NCBI GenBank assembly: GCA_047284725.1
Contig: JBJBEO010000001.1
Span: 384,001-448,000, forward strand
Direction of reading: 5' to 3'
Length of the DNA stretch: 64,000 nt
DNA from: Synechococcus sp.
GTDB lineage: Bacteria > Cyanobacteriota > Cyanobacteriia > PCC-6307 > Cyanobiaceae
The notes below the pieces were generated by a model that saw only the letters and a list, made by a program, of their open reading frames with translations, was not told the origin of the DNA and did no database searches. Of the stretch, positions 9,499 to 20,517 are shown in pieces. Position 1 is the first letter of the stretch, and the number at the start of each line of letters is the position of its first letter. The translations under genes were made by a program, and so were the position numbers.

Positions 9499-9795
9499 GG
9501 CTCAAGTGATGTCTTGATTTCACGAGTGTGGCAGGAAAACGTCAATGCTGCTCACTACGTGCCCCTGGTCCACTGCATGATCTAGGGACGATGTGTTGAC
9601 CACTCGGGTCAATGGGGTCAGGGAATATCAACAAATCTGTAGGGTCATTGGTATCAGTTGCACTCATCGAATCGAGTCAGTTGTGCTCATCGATGTGATC
9701 AGCGCCGTTGCGATGATTGATCTTCTTCACGCCTGTCGTGCTTGCCTCAAAGAGACACCGGTTACTCAGATCGTTGTTAACATCAATGTTCCTGA

Positions 9796-10773
9796 TCAGC
9801 CCTCAGGCTCTGAATGGGTTTGAACCGAAGAGCGTTTTGCCGACAGAACTCCTGCCATTAAGGCAATGATTCCCATCAATGTTGTGCCTTGAATTTGTTC
9901 ATTCAGGAGCAGTACCGCGCTTGTCACAGAGACGGCAATGGTCAGGCTGCCCCAGAGTGAAACAGTCGCGACGCTGGAGTCTCGGTAGGCAAGCTGCAAG
10001 GCCAATTCGCTCCCCAGCGAGAGCGTCAGGGCGTAGAGCCCAAGGACACCCAGGACCCACCAGAGCTGGAGAGGCATGAAGTGGCTTGGTCCATAGAACC
10101 TCAAGGTGAGCACGGCAAACACCACGGCACTCACCATTGAGCCCAGGCCAATGCTGATCGCTGCCGGCCAGTGGTGTTTGGCAACCCTCCTTCCCGTCAC
10201 CCCAGCGCCACTGAACGCGATCACACCGACGAATGCCCAGACCACGCCTGCCCGATGCTCTGAAGGCATTCCCGAAGCAGTCACTGACAGTTGGCTGAGA
10301 TAGAGGCCGCTGCTAATCAGCACCACACTCAAGCCAAATCCCCGCGGTAACGGTTCGTTTAGACACCACCTGGCCATGAGGGCCGAAACAGGGAGCACCA
10401 AGGCGAACAGAAGTGTCTGGCTGATCACGCTGAGCGACTCAAGGGCGAAGAAATAGGCCGTCGGCCCGAGGCACCGTCCCAGCAAGGCATCGCCCGCCAG
10501 GAGCATGTAGTTGCCTGCGCTCAAGGCCTTCAGTTGCCTGAGCAGCGTCTGACGTCCCTCAGCCAGGAAGGTGAGGCCTGCAGCCAGCTGAACCAGGAAT
10601 AAGACGTTGCAGAAGCTCACGGGGTTGATGCCACCAATCAGGTGGTTGCTGCCATGACGTTGCAAAGCTTTGAGCACGGTGTTGTCGAGGCCACGCAGCA
10701 CGATGAACATCGTGAGAGGAGTGGCGATCCTCTTGATCCACCCAAGGCGCATCAGGTTGTGCTCGCTGTTCAC
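9796..10773 (-). CDS. DMT/EamA family transporter
   Basis: About ten TM helices in two repeats (LNEPL..., LLNEQI...). Confidence 0.8.
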   Translation of the reverse strand: MNSEHNLMRLGWIKRIATPLTMFIVLRGLDNTVLKALQRHGSNHLIGGINPVSFCNVLFLVQLAAGLTFLAEGRQTLLRQLKALSAGNYMLLAGDALLGRCLGPTAYFFALESLSVISQTLLFALVLPVSALMARWCLNEPLPRGFGLSVVLISSGLYLSQLSVTASGMPSEHRAGVVWAFVGVIAFSGAGVTGRRVAKHHWPAAISIGLGSMVSAVVFAVLTLRFYGPSHFMPLQLWWVLGVLGLYALTLSLGSELALQLAYRDSSVATVSLWGSLTIAVSVTSAVLLLNEQIQGTTLMGIIALMAGVLSAKRSSVQTHSEPEG

Positions 10774-10813
10774 CGATGCCTAGGTTCTTTTCTGAGTCTG
10801 ACGAGCTATGCGC

Positions 10814-11296
10814 ATGAAGCCAACAGGTCTCTCCTCCCCGCGCATGCTGGGGATCCTGGGTCTCCTTGTTGCCGGAGCCGCGGCTGTTTACGTCGTCAGG
10901 CCAGTCACCCCGTCTCCGGCTCTGCAACACCAGGCGGTGGCCAGCGCGTCCATCCAGGCCAGTTTTCGTCCGGCCGAAACACCGGTGCGCGGAAGTGTCA
11001 CCATCAGACAGGAAGGCTCAAGGTCAATCCTTGAATTGAGCAGTGATTTCAAAACCAATGATCGCGCTCCTGACCTGAAGATTGCTTTCAGCCCGTCAAG
11101 CACCCCGTTGGCGAAGAGTCAACCTCCGGCGTATCCGCTCGCTCAGGGCACCTATACCGTTCTCGCTCCGCTCAAGGCATCCTCCGGAGCCCAGACTTAT
11201 GTCGTACCTGCTGCGTTCGAGCTCAGTCGCCAGAAATCCATCCTGATCTGGTGTGAAGCATTCAATGCAACCATGGCATGGGCTCCTTTGCAGTGA
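10814..11296 (+). CDS. DM13 domain protein
   Basis: APDLKI, LKASSGAQTY and SILIWCEAFNATM motifs. Confidence 0.85.
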   Translation: MKPTGLSSPRMLGILGLLVAGAAAVYVVRPVTPSPALQHQAVASASIQASFRPAETPVRGSVTIRQEGSRSILELSSDFKTNDRAPDLKIAFSPSSTPLAKSQPPAYPLAQGTYTVLAPLKASSGAQTYVVPAAFELSRQKSILIWCEAFNATMAWAPLQ

Positions 11297-11414
11297 TATC
11301 GCGTCCGAGTCTTTGTGCCCGAGATGATTGACAGGTTGTTGATCATCGAGTCTGTGCTGTCTGCAACGAATGCGCTCCCTGGATTTTATGGAGTTTGATG
11401 ATCAATCTTGCTTT

Positions 11415-11708
11415 TCAGCGCAGGTTGGCCATCTTGTCAACGCTTGATCCCACGGTTTCAACCTCAAAGAACTCCTCCCCTCCTTCGTGTATGACAGGCC
11501 TGAGTCTGAACAGATAAGCGTTGACCCAAGCAGTTTCTTTGTTGTTGACTTCGTGGCCTCGATCGACAAAGCCTGGCTTCTGTTGAAATAAGTAGAGCAG
11601 GATGTCGATCACATTGAGAGGAGACAGATTGTCAGGGTCGACGAAGGGAAGTGCTTCCCTCACTTCTAGGAACGAGATGGTGGCCGAGTAATCGAAATCG
11701 TCTGGCAT
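11415..11708 (-). CDS. Conserved hypothetical protein
   Basis: Clean 97-aa ORF with protein-like composition. Confidence 0.7.
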   Translation of the reverse strand: MPDDFDYSATISFLEVREALPFVDPDNLSPLNVIDILLYLFQQKPGFVDRGHEVNNKETAWVNAYLFRLRPVIHEGGEEFFEVETVGSSVDKMANLR

Positions 11709-11851
11709 GCTGCGGTTGCATCACGTGTTGAGCTTCGCAAACAGGCGCTGGCGAGATCGCATCGGTCTGTTGGAAAGCGATTCGTGACGAGATGCTTGTC
11801 AGCCCGAGGCGCGTTTCTACGTTGAAGTCCGCCCCTCTGGCTCGGACAAGC

Positions 11852-12196
11852 ATGACGACCGCTGATCAGCGTCGGCCTGTGAAAAGCAAGACACTTGTAC
11901 GTTTTTTCGGGCGTTGGCTTGTGGCCCTGCCCATGGCGTTGGCACCGGCCTGGCTGATGGCGGAGTTGATGCGTTTTCCGGCTGGCCGTGTGTGCGCAGA
12001 TCTGTCCGTTCCACTGCAGCAGAACCTTCCCGTCAACAAGGCGCAGGCGTTGCAGCAGACCTGCCGTTCGGCGGCGGCGAACAGTGTGAACTTCTGGTTG
12101 TTGTGGTGCATCTGGCTTCTGCTGATCCGAGTCAGTTATCGCTACTGGCCCTTGCTGGTGCAGATGGTGAGTGAGGGGGAGAAGCACGACTTCTGA
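11852..12196 (+). CDS. Two-TM membrane protein
   Basis: Two hydrophobic helices flanking a loop with a Cys pair. Confidence 0.55.
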   Translation: MTTADQRRPVKSKTLVRFFGRWLVALPMALAPAWLMAELMRFPAGRVCADLSVPLQQNLPVNKAQALQQTCRSAAANSVNFWLLWCIWLLLIRVSYRYWPLLVQMVSEGEKHDF

Positions 12197-12408
12197 GTTC
12201 GTCGGTGGAACGCACGCTCACCCTCCTCCCATGACGAACGTCCTGCCATTGGAGAGGAACGAATGCATCGTTCTGGCCCAGGATGTGTTCCTGGACACAG
12301 TTTTCGCGTTTTGACATCGGCGCTTGTTGCAACTGGTGCCGATTGCTCCTTTCCGTTGTGTCTTGCTTCGATCCCAGGCCTTTGATGGCTGAAGGATGAT
12401 GAGTTTCG

Positions 12409-12606
12409 ATGGCCTACGAACCAGGGACCACTGAGTGCCGTGTCCTGATCAACAGCAAGGAGGCGATTGAAACGATGCTGCTCAATCTCGATCGTCTGGA
12501 AGGAACCCAAGCGATCAAGGAGCAGCTGCGACTGGTCCATCAGCAGCTGGAGGTGCTGCACGATCGCCGCCGCCACCAGATCGATGCTCAGCGCACCGGC
12601 GGATGA
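12409..12606 (+). CDS. Small conserved coiled-coil protein of picocyanobacteria
   Basis: MAYEPGTTECRVLI...QLRLVHQQLEVLHD. Confidence 0.75.
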   Translation: MAYEPGTTECRVLINSKEAIETMLLNLDRLEGTQAIKEQLRLVHQQLEVLHDRRRHQIDAQRTGG

Positions 12607-12860
12607 CAGCGCTGCCATCCACCCTTGAGCATCCGATTCCAGGTGTCGATAGCGTTGTGCCGCAGCATGCGCCTCTGGCTTCTGGGCTGGGGTAGATGGG
12701 GTGGGGCCCAGTGAAACGTTCGTAGGGCAACCCAGCGCGTGTGAATGGTTGGAGTATCAGGTTTGAACTGAACCAGCAGCTGTTGATGCTCGTGCACGAG
12801 CCAGCCTTCTCCCCCATGGAGTTCAGGCTGGCAGCTGGGGTCGGGTCGAAGCCGTGGCAT
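12588..12860 (-). CDS. DUF1651 family protein
   Basis: GEGWL...QF.P...RRMLRHNAIDTWNRMLKGGWQRC.P pattern. Confidence 0.8.
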   Translation of the reverse strand: MPRLRPDPSCQPELHGGEGWLVHEHQQLLVQFKPDTPTIHTRWVALRTFHWAPPHLPQPRSQRRMLRHNAIDTWNRMLKGGWQRCHPPVR

Positions 12861-13248
12861 CAGCGCATTCTGGCGCCTGGTGCGGATGTTGGCAGTGTCT
12901 CGTTTCCGTAGTTTTCGGTACAGCACCTGCAGAACGGTGCTGATGAAATAGAGGGAATTGAACAGTGCAAGCCAGTGGAACTTTTCGTTCTAGCCGCAAT
13001 TGCGATCCCTTTGTCCACGTTGGTGATGCAGTCGTTGTCGTCTGAGTCAGACGATGAGTTCGATCTACTTTGAGGCAATCAGTCTCGATCCTCGTGTTGA
13101 TTTGAATCGGTTTGTTCGCCGGCCTGATGCCGATTCCGGTCAGGATTGGTCGATTGCACTGCTTGCCTTGTTCTGGCTGCCCTCCGTGATGGCCTGCTTT
13201 TTGAATGCAAATTCAATTCTTAGGTTGCGCAGCCTAATCTGAATTTAT

Positions 13249-13470
13249 TCATTGTTTGGTTGATTCGCTCTGACGTTTTGCGCTTTTGAAAGCAGCGATC
13301 TTGGCATCTGCCCAACGTGCAAAAAAGTACACGCCAATGAACAGTGGCAGGTAAGCGACCCACATATTGTCGGGGGCGATGTCGCTGTTGTTGATCACGG
13401 CCAGACCGGCATAGCCCACCACGAAATAGATACCTGCTCGTCGGAAGGCTCCGACCTGCTTTGGATTCAT
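13249..13470 (-). CDS. Small two-TM membrane protein
   Basis: Two TM helices. Follows the LOG gene on the same strand. Confidence 0.7.
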   Translation of the reverse strand: MNPKQVGAFRRAGIYFVVGYAGLAVINNSDIAPDNMWVAYLPLFIGVYFFARWADAKIAAFKSAKRQSESTKQ

Positions 13471-13506
13471 CGTCTTTGTCTCCGTGGGCCCAGGCTAAGG
13501 AGGGAT

Positions 13507-14445
13507 TCACTCGCTGGTCGGGCAGCTGCTGAAACTCTCCGATGTCTGGATCAAGTCCCAGGCCTCGGTGGCGGAATCGGCGAACTGAACCAGGTCCAGA
13601 TTCTCGTCGGCAATCAGGCCGGAATCGGCAAGTGCTTGAAAATTGATCACGTTGTTCCAGTAATCCCGTCCGAACAGCACGATGGGGATCGGCCCCTTGA
13701 TGCCTGTTTGGCAGAGGGTCAGCACCTCAAAAAGTTCATCCAGGGTGCCGAACCCGCCGGGGAAAAACACGGCACCTACGGCACGCATCACGAAGTGAAA
13801 TTTGCGTAGAGCGAAGTAGTTGAAGCGGAAGCAGAGCTCAGGAGTGACAAAGGGATTGGGGCTTTGTTCATGGGGAAGGCTGATGTTGAAGCCGATCGAT
13901 TTGAAGCCGGCATCAAATGCCCCGCGGTTCGCGGCCTCCATGATCCCCGGGCCGCCTCCGGTGGCAATCACATGGCGGCACCCCTCGCCGACCTTCTGCC
14001 CGCAGGAGGCGAGGTGCGCAAACTCCCGGGCGGCTTCGTAGAAGGGTGCCAGCTTCACCAGTTGTTTGCAGCGTTGCACCTGCCGCTGCATTGTTCTGTT
14101 GGCGGGTTCCTGGTCCAGGCGCTGGAGGGCCATCGCCAGCTGCCGCTCTGCTGCCACTTTCTCCACCAGACAGGCGCCTCCGAACACCAGGATCGTGGAG
14201 GTGATCGCTTGCTCTTCCAGCACCATTTCAGGTTTGCTGATCTCCAGCAGCATGCGCACGCCCCGCATGTCATTGCTTTTCAGCAGTTCCTGATCTTCGT
14301 GGGCGAGTCGATAGCTGTTGGATTGCAGGAGGGCGTTGAGATTGTTGGCGACTAAGGCCACGTCTTCGCTTTGGCGGCCGGCTTCGCAGGCGTTGGAGAC
14401 GGACTCCAGGGGGTCTTGGCTCGCAGGGACGTGTGGATCGGTCAT
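13507..14445 (-). CDS. LOG family protein (TIGR00730-like)
   Basis: TGGGPGIMEAANRGA and FPGGFGTLDELFE. Confidence 0.92.
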   Translation of the reverse strand: MTDPHVPASQDPLESVSNACEAGRQSEDVALVANNLNALLQSNSYRLAHEDQELLKSNDMRGVRMLLEISKPEMVLEEQAITSTILVFGGACLVEKVAAERQLAMALQRLDQEPANRTMQRQVQRCKQLVKLAPFYEAAREFAHLASCGQKVGEGCRHVIATGGGPGIMEAANRGAFDAGFKSIGFNISLPHEQSPNPFVTPELCFRFNYFALRKFHFVMRAVGAVFFPGGFGTLDELFEVLTLCQTGIKGPIPIVLFGRDYWNNVINFQALADSGLIADENLDLVQFADSATEAWDLIQTSESFSSCPTSE

Positions 14446-14460
14446 GGTGGCCTCCTGGGG

Positions 14461-15849
14461 TTACAGCACATTCGCGGCGAGTTCCGCCAGGGCGCTGCGT
14501 TCGCCGCGCATCAAGGTGACATGCCCAACCAGGGGCTGCCCCTTCAGCCGTTCCACCATCCAGGTGAGGCCATTGCTTTCGGCGTCCACATAGGGATTGT
14601 CGATCTGATAGGGATCACCTGTGAACACGATCTTCGTGCCTTCTCCCACACGGGTGACGATCGTCTTCACCTCCAGAGGTGTGAGGTTCTGGGCTTCATC
14701 CACCACCATGAACTGGCTGGGGATGGAGCGGCCCCGAATCGTGTTGATCGCCTCAACCTCCAGGAGTCCCATCCCCTGCAGGTCCATCCAGGAGTTGCGG
14801 GGCTCGTGCTGATGGCCTTTGGATTTACTGCTGGCGTCTTGGCCCGGAGAGGTGCCAGTGATGAAATCGATGTTGTCGATGATCGGCTTCATCCAAGGAC
14901 CGAGTTTTTCTTCAAGTGTTCCAGGCAGATAGCCGAGGTCCTTGCCCAGAGAGATGGGTGGCCGCGTCACCAGCAATCGCGCGTAGTCATGCGTATCCGC
15001 CACTTGATGCAGTCCCGCGGCCAGGGCCAGCAGGGTTTTGCCCGTGCCTGCTTTGCCCACCAGGGTCACCAGGGCCACGTCCGGGTCCAGCAGCAGATCA
15101 AGTGCGAAGCTCTGCTCCCGGTTGCGTGACTTGATCCGTCCAAGACGCGCACGTTCCAGCCAGCTGAGTGGTCGGATCTTGCCACTGTCTCCGTGGTGTC
15201 TGGCCAGCAGCGTGTGGTTGTGGTTCTGGTCATCCACCAGCATCACGCCCTCATTGGGCAGCAGTGGCTGCGTCTCGAGCTCGTCAATGCTGGCGGTGGG
15301 AAGGTGGTTGTCCTGTTGGAGCTCCTGCATCAACGCCCCGGTCGTGATCACTTCCCTCACACCGGGATAGAGATCGGCGATGGCGACCTTGTCGTTGATG
15401 TAGTCCTCGGCTTCAAGGCCCACGGCATCGGCTTTGATGCGCAGATTGATGTCCTTGCTCACCAACAAAACGTCCGGGGCTTCCTGCAGGCCACCGCAGC
15501 GCAGCTGTTCGAGCGCCACCGCCAGGATGTTGTTGTCGCCACCGCCTCTCTGCAGTTCAGGCGGGAGCTGTTTGAGGGTTTCGGCCCTGCAGAAGGCCAC
15601 CTGCAGGACTCCAGACGTGCTGCCCTCAATCGGCACGCCATCAGCAAGGCTTCCCTTCTCCCGATGGGCATCCAGCAGCCGTGAGATCCGGCGGGCATTG
15701 CGGCCTTTTTCGGAGGAGTCGCGTTTGAACCGATCGACTTCCTCCACCACCTGCATCGGCAGCACAACCCTGCGGTCCCCGAAGCGAGTGGGGGCGTCGG
15801 GGTCATGCAGCAACACATTCGTGTCGAGAACAACGACCTTGCCTGCCAT
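14461..15849 (-). CDS. PIN-domain PhoH-like ATPase (PhoH2 type)
   Basis: N-terminal VLDTNVLLHDP (PIN). GKAGTGKT, RGRSI and DEAQN motifs. Confidence 0.92.
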   Translation of the reverse strand: MAGKVVVLDTNVLLHDPDAPTRFGDRRVVLPMQVVEEVDRFKRDSSEKGRNARRISRLLDAHREKGSLADGVPIEGSTSGVLQVAFCRAETLKQLPPELQRGGGDNNILAVALEQLRCGGLQEAPDVLLVSKDINLRIKADAVGLEAEDYINDKVAIADLYPGVREVITTGALMQELQQDNHLPTASIDELETQPLLPNEGVMLVDDQNHNHTLLARHHGDSGKIRPLSWLERARLGRIKSRNREQSFALDLLLDPDVALVTLVGKAGTGKTLLALAAGLHQVADTHDYARLLVTRPPISLGKDLGYLPGTLEEKLGPWMKPIIDNIDFITGTSPGQDASSKSKGHQHEPRNSWMDLQGMGLLEVEAINTIRGRSIPSQFMVVDEAQNLTPLEVKTIVTRVGEGTKIVFTGDPYQIDNPYVDAESNGLTWMVERLKGQPLVGHVTLMRGERSALAELAANVL

Positions 15850-15963
15850 GGCCGGTGCCTCTACCGACTATTGGCAACCTAGCCAGCGTGGTCGGTCTGA
15901 ACCGCAGTACAGCGCCTCTGGGTGTGAAACGCAACAGGGCTCGTGCCTAAGCGGGACCTCCCC

Positions 15964-17643
15964 TCAGGTGATCACGTCGAGCCATTGCTGGGCCTGCAGG
16001 AGAGCCTCATGCCGGTCGGCACAGAGTCCGCCGATACCGAACTGTTCCAGCCGTTGCCGCACTCTGCCCTGGGCTCCTGCCACCAGCACGTGGCGGTGAT
16101 GGGCATGGGCCTCCTGCACGATCCGTTCGATCGCCAGGGTTGCGCTCACCCCCAGGTGGGGCACCGCACTGATATCCAGAATCAGCACTCTGTACTGACG
16201 CACCAACGTCATGCGTTCACTGATCCCCTTGGCCGCGCCGAAACTCAGGGGACCCTGCAAACCAAACAGCATCAAGGCGTCACCGCATTGATCCAGCAGC
16301 CGTTGCTCCGCTTCGGGCAGGGTGTTGCGTTCGGTGTGGCCCATGCCGGCCAGTTGATGGGTGGTGATCGATTCGATGGTGAGCAGGTTGGCCACGAACA
16401 TCCCGATCAGGACGGCCCCGATCAGATCCCAGAACACGGTGAGGAGCAGGACCCCCCACATCACCAGGGCGGTTTTGCTGGACAGACGGTGGGCACGACG
16501 GAGGAAGCCCCAGTCGATGATGTCGAGCCCCACCTTGATCAGGATTCCCGCCAGGAGTGAGGTCGGGATGCCCTCCGCCAGAGGCCCAGCTCCCACCAGC
16601 AGCACGAGCAGCACAACGGAATGGGTCATGCCGGCCAGGGGGGTCTTCCCCCCTGACTTGATGTTGATCACGGTGCGCATGGTGGCTCCAGCCCCGGGCA
16701 ATCCCCCCACCAGGCCGGCAGCGGTGTTGGCGATACCCTGCCCCACCAGCTCGCGGTTGGACTGGTGCCGGTTGTGCCCGATGTTGTCGGCCACCAGGGA
16801 GGTGAGCAACGAATCGATCGATCCGAGCAGCGCCAGCATCAGGCCGGCTCGGATCAGCAAGGGCAGATGCTGTCCCCAGTTGGGCAGCACCAATTGCAGG
16901 CCTCCATCGGGGATGCTGCCGATGCGTGGCAGCGCTTCCCATCCCAGGGTCTCCAGGCGCTGATCGTTGAACAGCACAAATGACAAGGGAGTGATCAGGA
17001 GCAGCGCCAGCAGCGGAGAGGGAAGCAGCCTGCTGATGCGTTTGGGTGTCAAAAAGACCACCGCCAAGGTCATCGACCCCACCGTCAGTGCCGCCGGGTT
17101 GGGGTGAAAGGTCTGCATCACCATCGTGAGCGACTGGACCACGCCACCGGAGGAAGCAATCCCCAGCAGCGGCCCCACCTGAATCAGCAGGATGATGATG
17201 CCGATGCCTGACATGAAGCCAGACACCACTGAATAGGGCACCAGGGTGATGTAACGCCCTAGTTTGAGCAGGCCGAACAGGATCTGGAACAGCCCGCCGA
17301 GCACGACCGCAGCCATCACCAGGGGCAGCAGTTCACCGTGGGTGAGTGTGCCAGCGACCCCCACAGCCACCAGGCTGCTCACCACACCCGCCACGGTGAC
17401 GCTCATGGGTCCGGTAGGACCACTCACCTGGGCAGGTGTCCCCCCGAACAGGGCTGCCAGAAAGCCGGACACAATGGCGCCATACAACCCGTAGATCGCA
17501 CCACCGGGTCCCAGGGCTGCGTTGCCGAAAGCCAGGGCGAGAGGCAAGGCAACGACCGCCGCCGTCAGCCCTCCAAGCAGATCGCCGCGCCAATGGCGCA
17601 GATTCCACCCGTAAATCAGGGGCAGCTGACGACCAGCGTCCAT
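15964..17643 (-). CDS. SulP/SLC26 anion transporter (BicA-like)
   Basis: GDLLGGLTAAVVALPLALAFG, SGPTGPM, and a C-terminal STAS domain. Confidence 0.92.
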   Translation of the reverse strand: MDAGRQLPLIYGWNLRHWRGDLLGGLTAAVVALPLALAFGNAALGPGGAIYGLYGAIVSGFLAALFGGTPAQVSGPTGPMSVTVAGVVSSLVAVGVAGTLTHGELLPLVMAAVVLGGLFQILFGLLKLGRYITLVPYSVVSGFMSGIGIIILLIQVGPLLGIASSGGVVQSLTMVMQTFHPNPAALTVGSMTLAVVFLTPKRISRLLPSPLLALLLITPLSFVLFNDQRLETLGWEALPRIGSIPDGGLQLVLPNWGQHLPLLIRAGLMLALLGSIDSLLTSLVADNIGHNRHQSNRELVGQGIANTAAGLVGGLPGAGATMRTVINIKSGGKTPLAGMTHSVVLLVLLVGAGPLAEGIPTSLLAGILIKVGLDIIDWGFLRRAHRLSSKTALVMWGVLLLTVFWDLIGAVLIGMFVANLLTIESITTHQLAGMGHTERNTLPEAEQRLLDQCGDALMLFGLQGPLSFGAAKGISERMTLVRQYRVLILDISAVPHLGVSATLAIERIVQEAHAHHRHVLVAGAQGRVRQRLEQFGIGGLCADRHEALLQAQQWLDVIT

Positions 17644-17726
17644 GCACGAGTGCCGACTGTTGTCATTCTTCTGTGCTCCTGGCGCTTTGCCAGGCCACCG
17701 TCACTGCCTGGACACAGCTTTCTGGC

Positions 17727-18119
17727 TTAAGGCGTGTTGAGCCAATCGTCGAGTGCCTGCAGAGATTGCACCCCCACGCGCCGCTCTCCGGAGGGATGGA
17801 TCCAGGTGGGATAGGCCCTGATGTCTGCGGCTCGGCACGCCTCGGCCTGTAGCGGAAGCTCTTCCGGTTTGGTGCATTCCACGTAGGGCAGACGGTCGCT
17901 GGCCGCTTCCCCGAACAGACGGCCCTGGTACTGACAGGCGCCACAACGCCAAGAGCCGTAGTACTTCAGGCCTGCCTGCTTGAGCTGATCCGCCAACAGC
18001 ACCTGCGTCGGTGTCGACGTCGGCAGGGATTGATCCGCCCCCCCCGGGCTGGCGGCCAGTGCGGAGGGCATGGCCAGCGTCAGAGCTGCGGTGATGGAAG
18101 CCGTTTTCAGGAAACCCAT
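17727..18119 (-). CDS. Secreted thioredoxin-like protein (VKOR-associated Trx type)
   Basis: YGSWRCGACQYQ..LFG, YVEC and YPTW. Confidence 0.8.
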   Translation of the reverse strand: MGFLKTASITAALTLAMPSALAASPGGADQSLPTSTPTQVLLADQLKQAGLKYYGSWRCGACQYQGRLFGEAASDRLPYVECTKPEELPLQAEACRAADIRAYPTWIHPSGERRVGVQSLQALDDWLNTP

Positions 18120-18275
18120 GCGTGCGTGATCTGTTCTGGGCTGACCTTAGGCAGGTCAGCCTCCACCTCAGCTGCTCGATCGCAACGTTCGGGCTTCCCT
18201 CCCTTGCGCCGGTTCCATCCTTGACAAGAAGCTGGACTTCAGAAGTAACGCAGGCCTCACGGCCAGGGGAATGCC

Positions 18276-19283
18276 ATGGCAGGCACCGGCTACCGCGATT
18301 ATTTCAAGGTGCTCGGTGTGGATCGTGGCGCTGATGCCGACACCGTGAAGAGGGCTTTCCGCAAGCTGGCACGTCAATACCACCCGGATGTGAACCCCGG
18401 GAATGCGGCGGCGGAAGCCAAGTTCAAAGAGGTCAGCGAGGCCTACGAGGTGCTGTCTGATCCAGACAAGCGCCGTCGCTACGAGCAGTTCGGGCAGTAC
18501 TGGAATCAGGCCGGCGGGGCGGGGCCCGCTGCCGGTGTGGATGTGGATTTCGGCCGCTACGGCAATTTCGACGATTTCATCAATGATCTGCTCGGTCGCT
18601 TCGGTGGCCCTGGTGGCGGATCGGCAGGCTTTGGTGGTGGCTTCCCCGGTGGTTTTGCTGGTGCGTCGGGCTTCCCTGGTGGTGGTTTCCCCGGCGGGGG
18701 AGTCGGCGCCGGGGGGCGTGGTGCCGCCAGCTCGCGTCAGCCCGCCAATCTCGATGCTGAGGCCACGGTCAAGGTGTCGTTTGAGGAGGCGTTCCGAGGC
18801 GGGGAACGCACGCTTTCCGTCAATGACGAGCGGGTGCATGTGCGCATTCCCGCAGGGGTGAAGACCGGCTCACGCCTGCGTCTGAAGGGCAAAGGCAATC
18901 TGCAGCCCGGTACCGGGCGTCGCGGTGATCTGTATCTCAACCTGCAGGTTCATGGACATGCCGTTTGGCGCTTGGAGGGTGATCAGATGCGTGCCGACCT
19001 GCCCGTCTCCCTGGATGAATTAGCGCTCGGTGGCACGGTCACGGTGATGACGCCTGACGGTGAAGCGGATGTGACCATTCCGACCGGTACATCGCCTGGC
19101 TGCAGTCTTCGACTCAAAGGCAAGGGATGGCCCGGTCGCAGCGGCCGCGGTGATCTGCTGCTCACCCTTAGCCTGAAATGGCCTGAGCGATGGAGTGATC
19201 AGGAGCAGGAGCTCTTGCGTCAGCTGCAGCAAGCGCGATCGGTGGATCCACGGCGCAGCTGGCTGCAGTCGGCCCGTCTTTGA
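18276..19283 (+). CDS. DnaJ class B (CbpA-like) chaperone
   Basis: J domain with HPD, G/F-rich linker, C-terminal domain, no Zn finger. Confidence 0.92.
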   Translation: MAGTGYRDYFKVLGVDRGADADTVKRAFRKLARQYHPDVNPGNAAAEAKFKEVSEAYEVLSDPDKRRRYEQFGQYWNQAGGAGPAAGVDVDFGRYGNFDDFINDLLGRFGGPGGGSAGFGGGFPGGFAGASGFPGGGFPGGGVGAGGRGAASSRQPANLDAEATVKVSFEEAFRGGERTLSVNDERVHVRIPAGVKTGSRLRLKGKGNLQPGTGRRGDLYLNLQVHGHAVWRLEGDQMRADLPVSLDELALGGTVTVMTPDGEADVTIPTGTSPGCSLRLKGKGWPGRSGRGDLLLTLSLKWPERWSDQEQELLRQLQQARSVDPRRSWLQSARL

Positions 19284-19323
19284 AGCACCTATTACGATCG
19301 CCGGCAAAGTTCAGTGCCACTGG

Positions 19324-20325
19324 ATGGAGCTCACCTACCGCCCGCGTCGTTTGCGCCGTACCCCTGCCCTGAGGGCGATGGTGCGCGAGAACCAGTTGCA
19401 GCCGGCGGATTTCATCTATCCCCTGTTTGTGCACGAAGGGGCGGATGTGGAACCCATCGGTGCCATGCCAGGAGCCTTTCGCTGGTGCCTGGATCAACTC
19501 ACCGCTGAGGTGCAGCGCGCTTGGGATCTCGGCGTCCGGTGTGTCGTTCTCTTCCCCAAGGTGTCGGAGGGGTTGAAGACCGAAGACGGGGCTGAATGCT
19601 TCAACGAGCATGGCTTGATCCCCCGGGCCATTCGCCAGCTCAAGCAGGCGCTTCCCGAGATGGCGATTATGACCGACGTGGCTCTGGATCCCTATTCCTG
19701 CGATGGCCACGACGGCATCGTCAGCCAAGACGGCGTGGTGCTCAATGACGAGACCATCGAGTTGCTGTGTCGTCAGGCGGTGATGCAGGCCGAGGCGGGT
19801 GCTGATCTGATCGGCCCCAGCGACATGATGGACGGCCGGGTGGGCGCCATTCGCGAAGCCCTGGACGATGCAGGTTTTGAGCACGTCGGCATCATCAGCT
19901 ACACAGCCAAATACTCTTCCGCCTACTACGGGCCTTTCCGGGAAGCGCTCGATTCAGCGCCCCGGCCTGCCGGAAGCAAGCCGATTCCCACCAATAAAGA
20001 CACCTATCAGATGGATCCGGCGAACGCCCGTGAAGCCATCACCGAAGCCCAGCTCGATGAGCAGGAGGGGGCCGACATCATGATGGTGAAGCCAGGTCTG
20101 GCGTATCTCGACATCATTCACCGGCTGCGTGAGGAGTCGGAGCTTCCCATCGCCGCTTACAACGTGAGTGGTGAGTATTCGATGGTGAAGGCCGCGGCTG
20201 AACGGGGCTGGATCGATGAGCGTGCCGTGGTGCTGGAGACCCTGCTCAGCTTCAAGCGGGCGGGCGCAGACCTGATCCTCACCTATCACGCCTGTGACGC
20301 AGCCGCGTGGCTGCAGCAGGGTTGA
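19324..20325 (+). CDS. hemB: Porphobilinogen synthase
   Basis: RPRRLR, DVALDPYSCDGHDG, PSDMMDGR, MVKPG and AYNVSGEYSM. Confidence 0.97.
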   Translation: MELTYRPRRLRRTPALRAMVRENQLQPADFIYPLFVHEGADVEPIGAMPGAFRWCLDQLTAEVQRAWDLGVRCVVLFPKVSEGLKTEDGAECFNEHGLIPRAIRQLKQALPEMAIMTDVALDPYSCDGHDGIVSQDGVVLNDETIELLCRQAVMQAEAGADLIGPSDMMDGRVGAIREALDDAGFEHVGIISYTAKYSSAYYGPFREALDSAPRPAGSKPIPTNKDTYQMDPANAREAITEAQLDEQEGADIMMVKPGLAYLDIIHRLREESELPIAAYNVSGEYSMVKAAAERGWIDERAVVLETLLSFKRAGADLILTYHACDAAAWLQQG

Positions 20326-20517
20326 GGCTGTTGCGTGAAGCCCAGGGGGACGGGCGTTGATCGTGCTGGTGGAGATCCTGCTCCGCAGACGATGGCCACT
20401 GCATGCGATGGGAGATGGCCCGCCTGCACGACCCGGTCTCAGGCCCGCGGCCCTGGGGCCACCCCAGTAGGTTCAAACCCTGGCTCCATCGTCTGACCTC
20501 ATTCCCTTCGTCTCGCC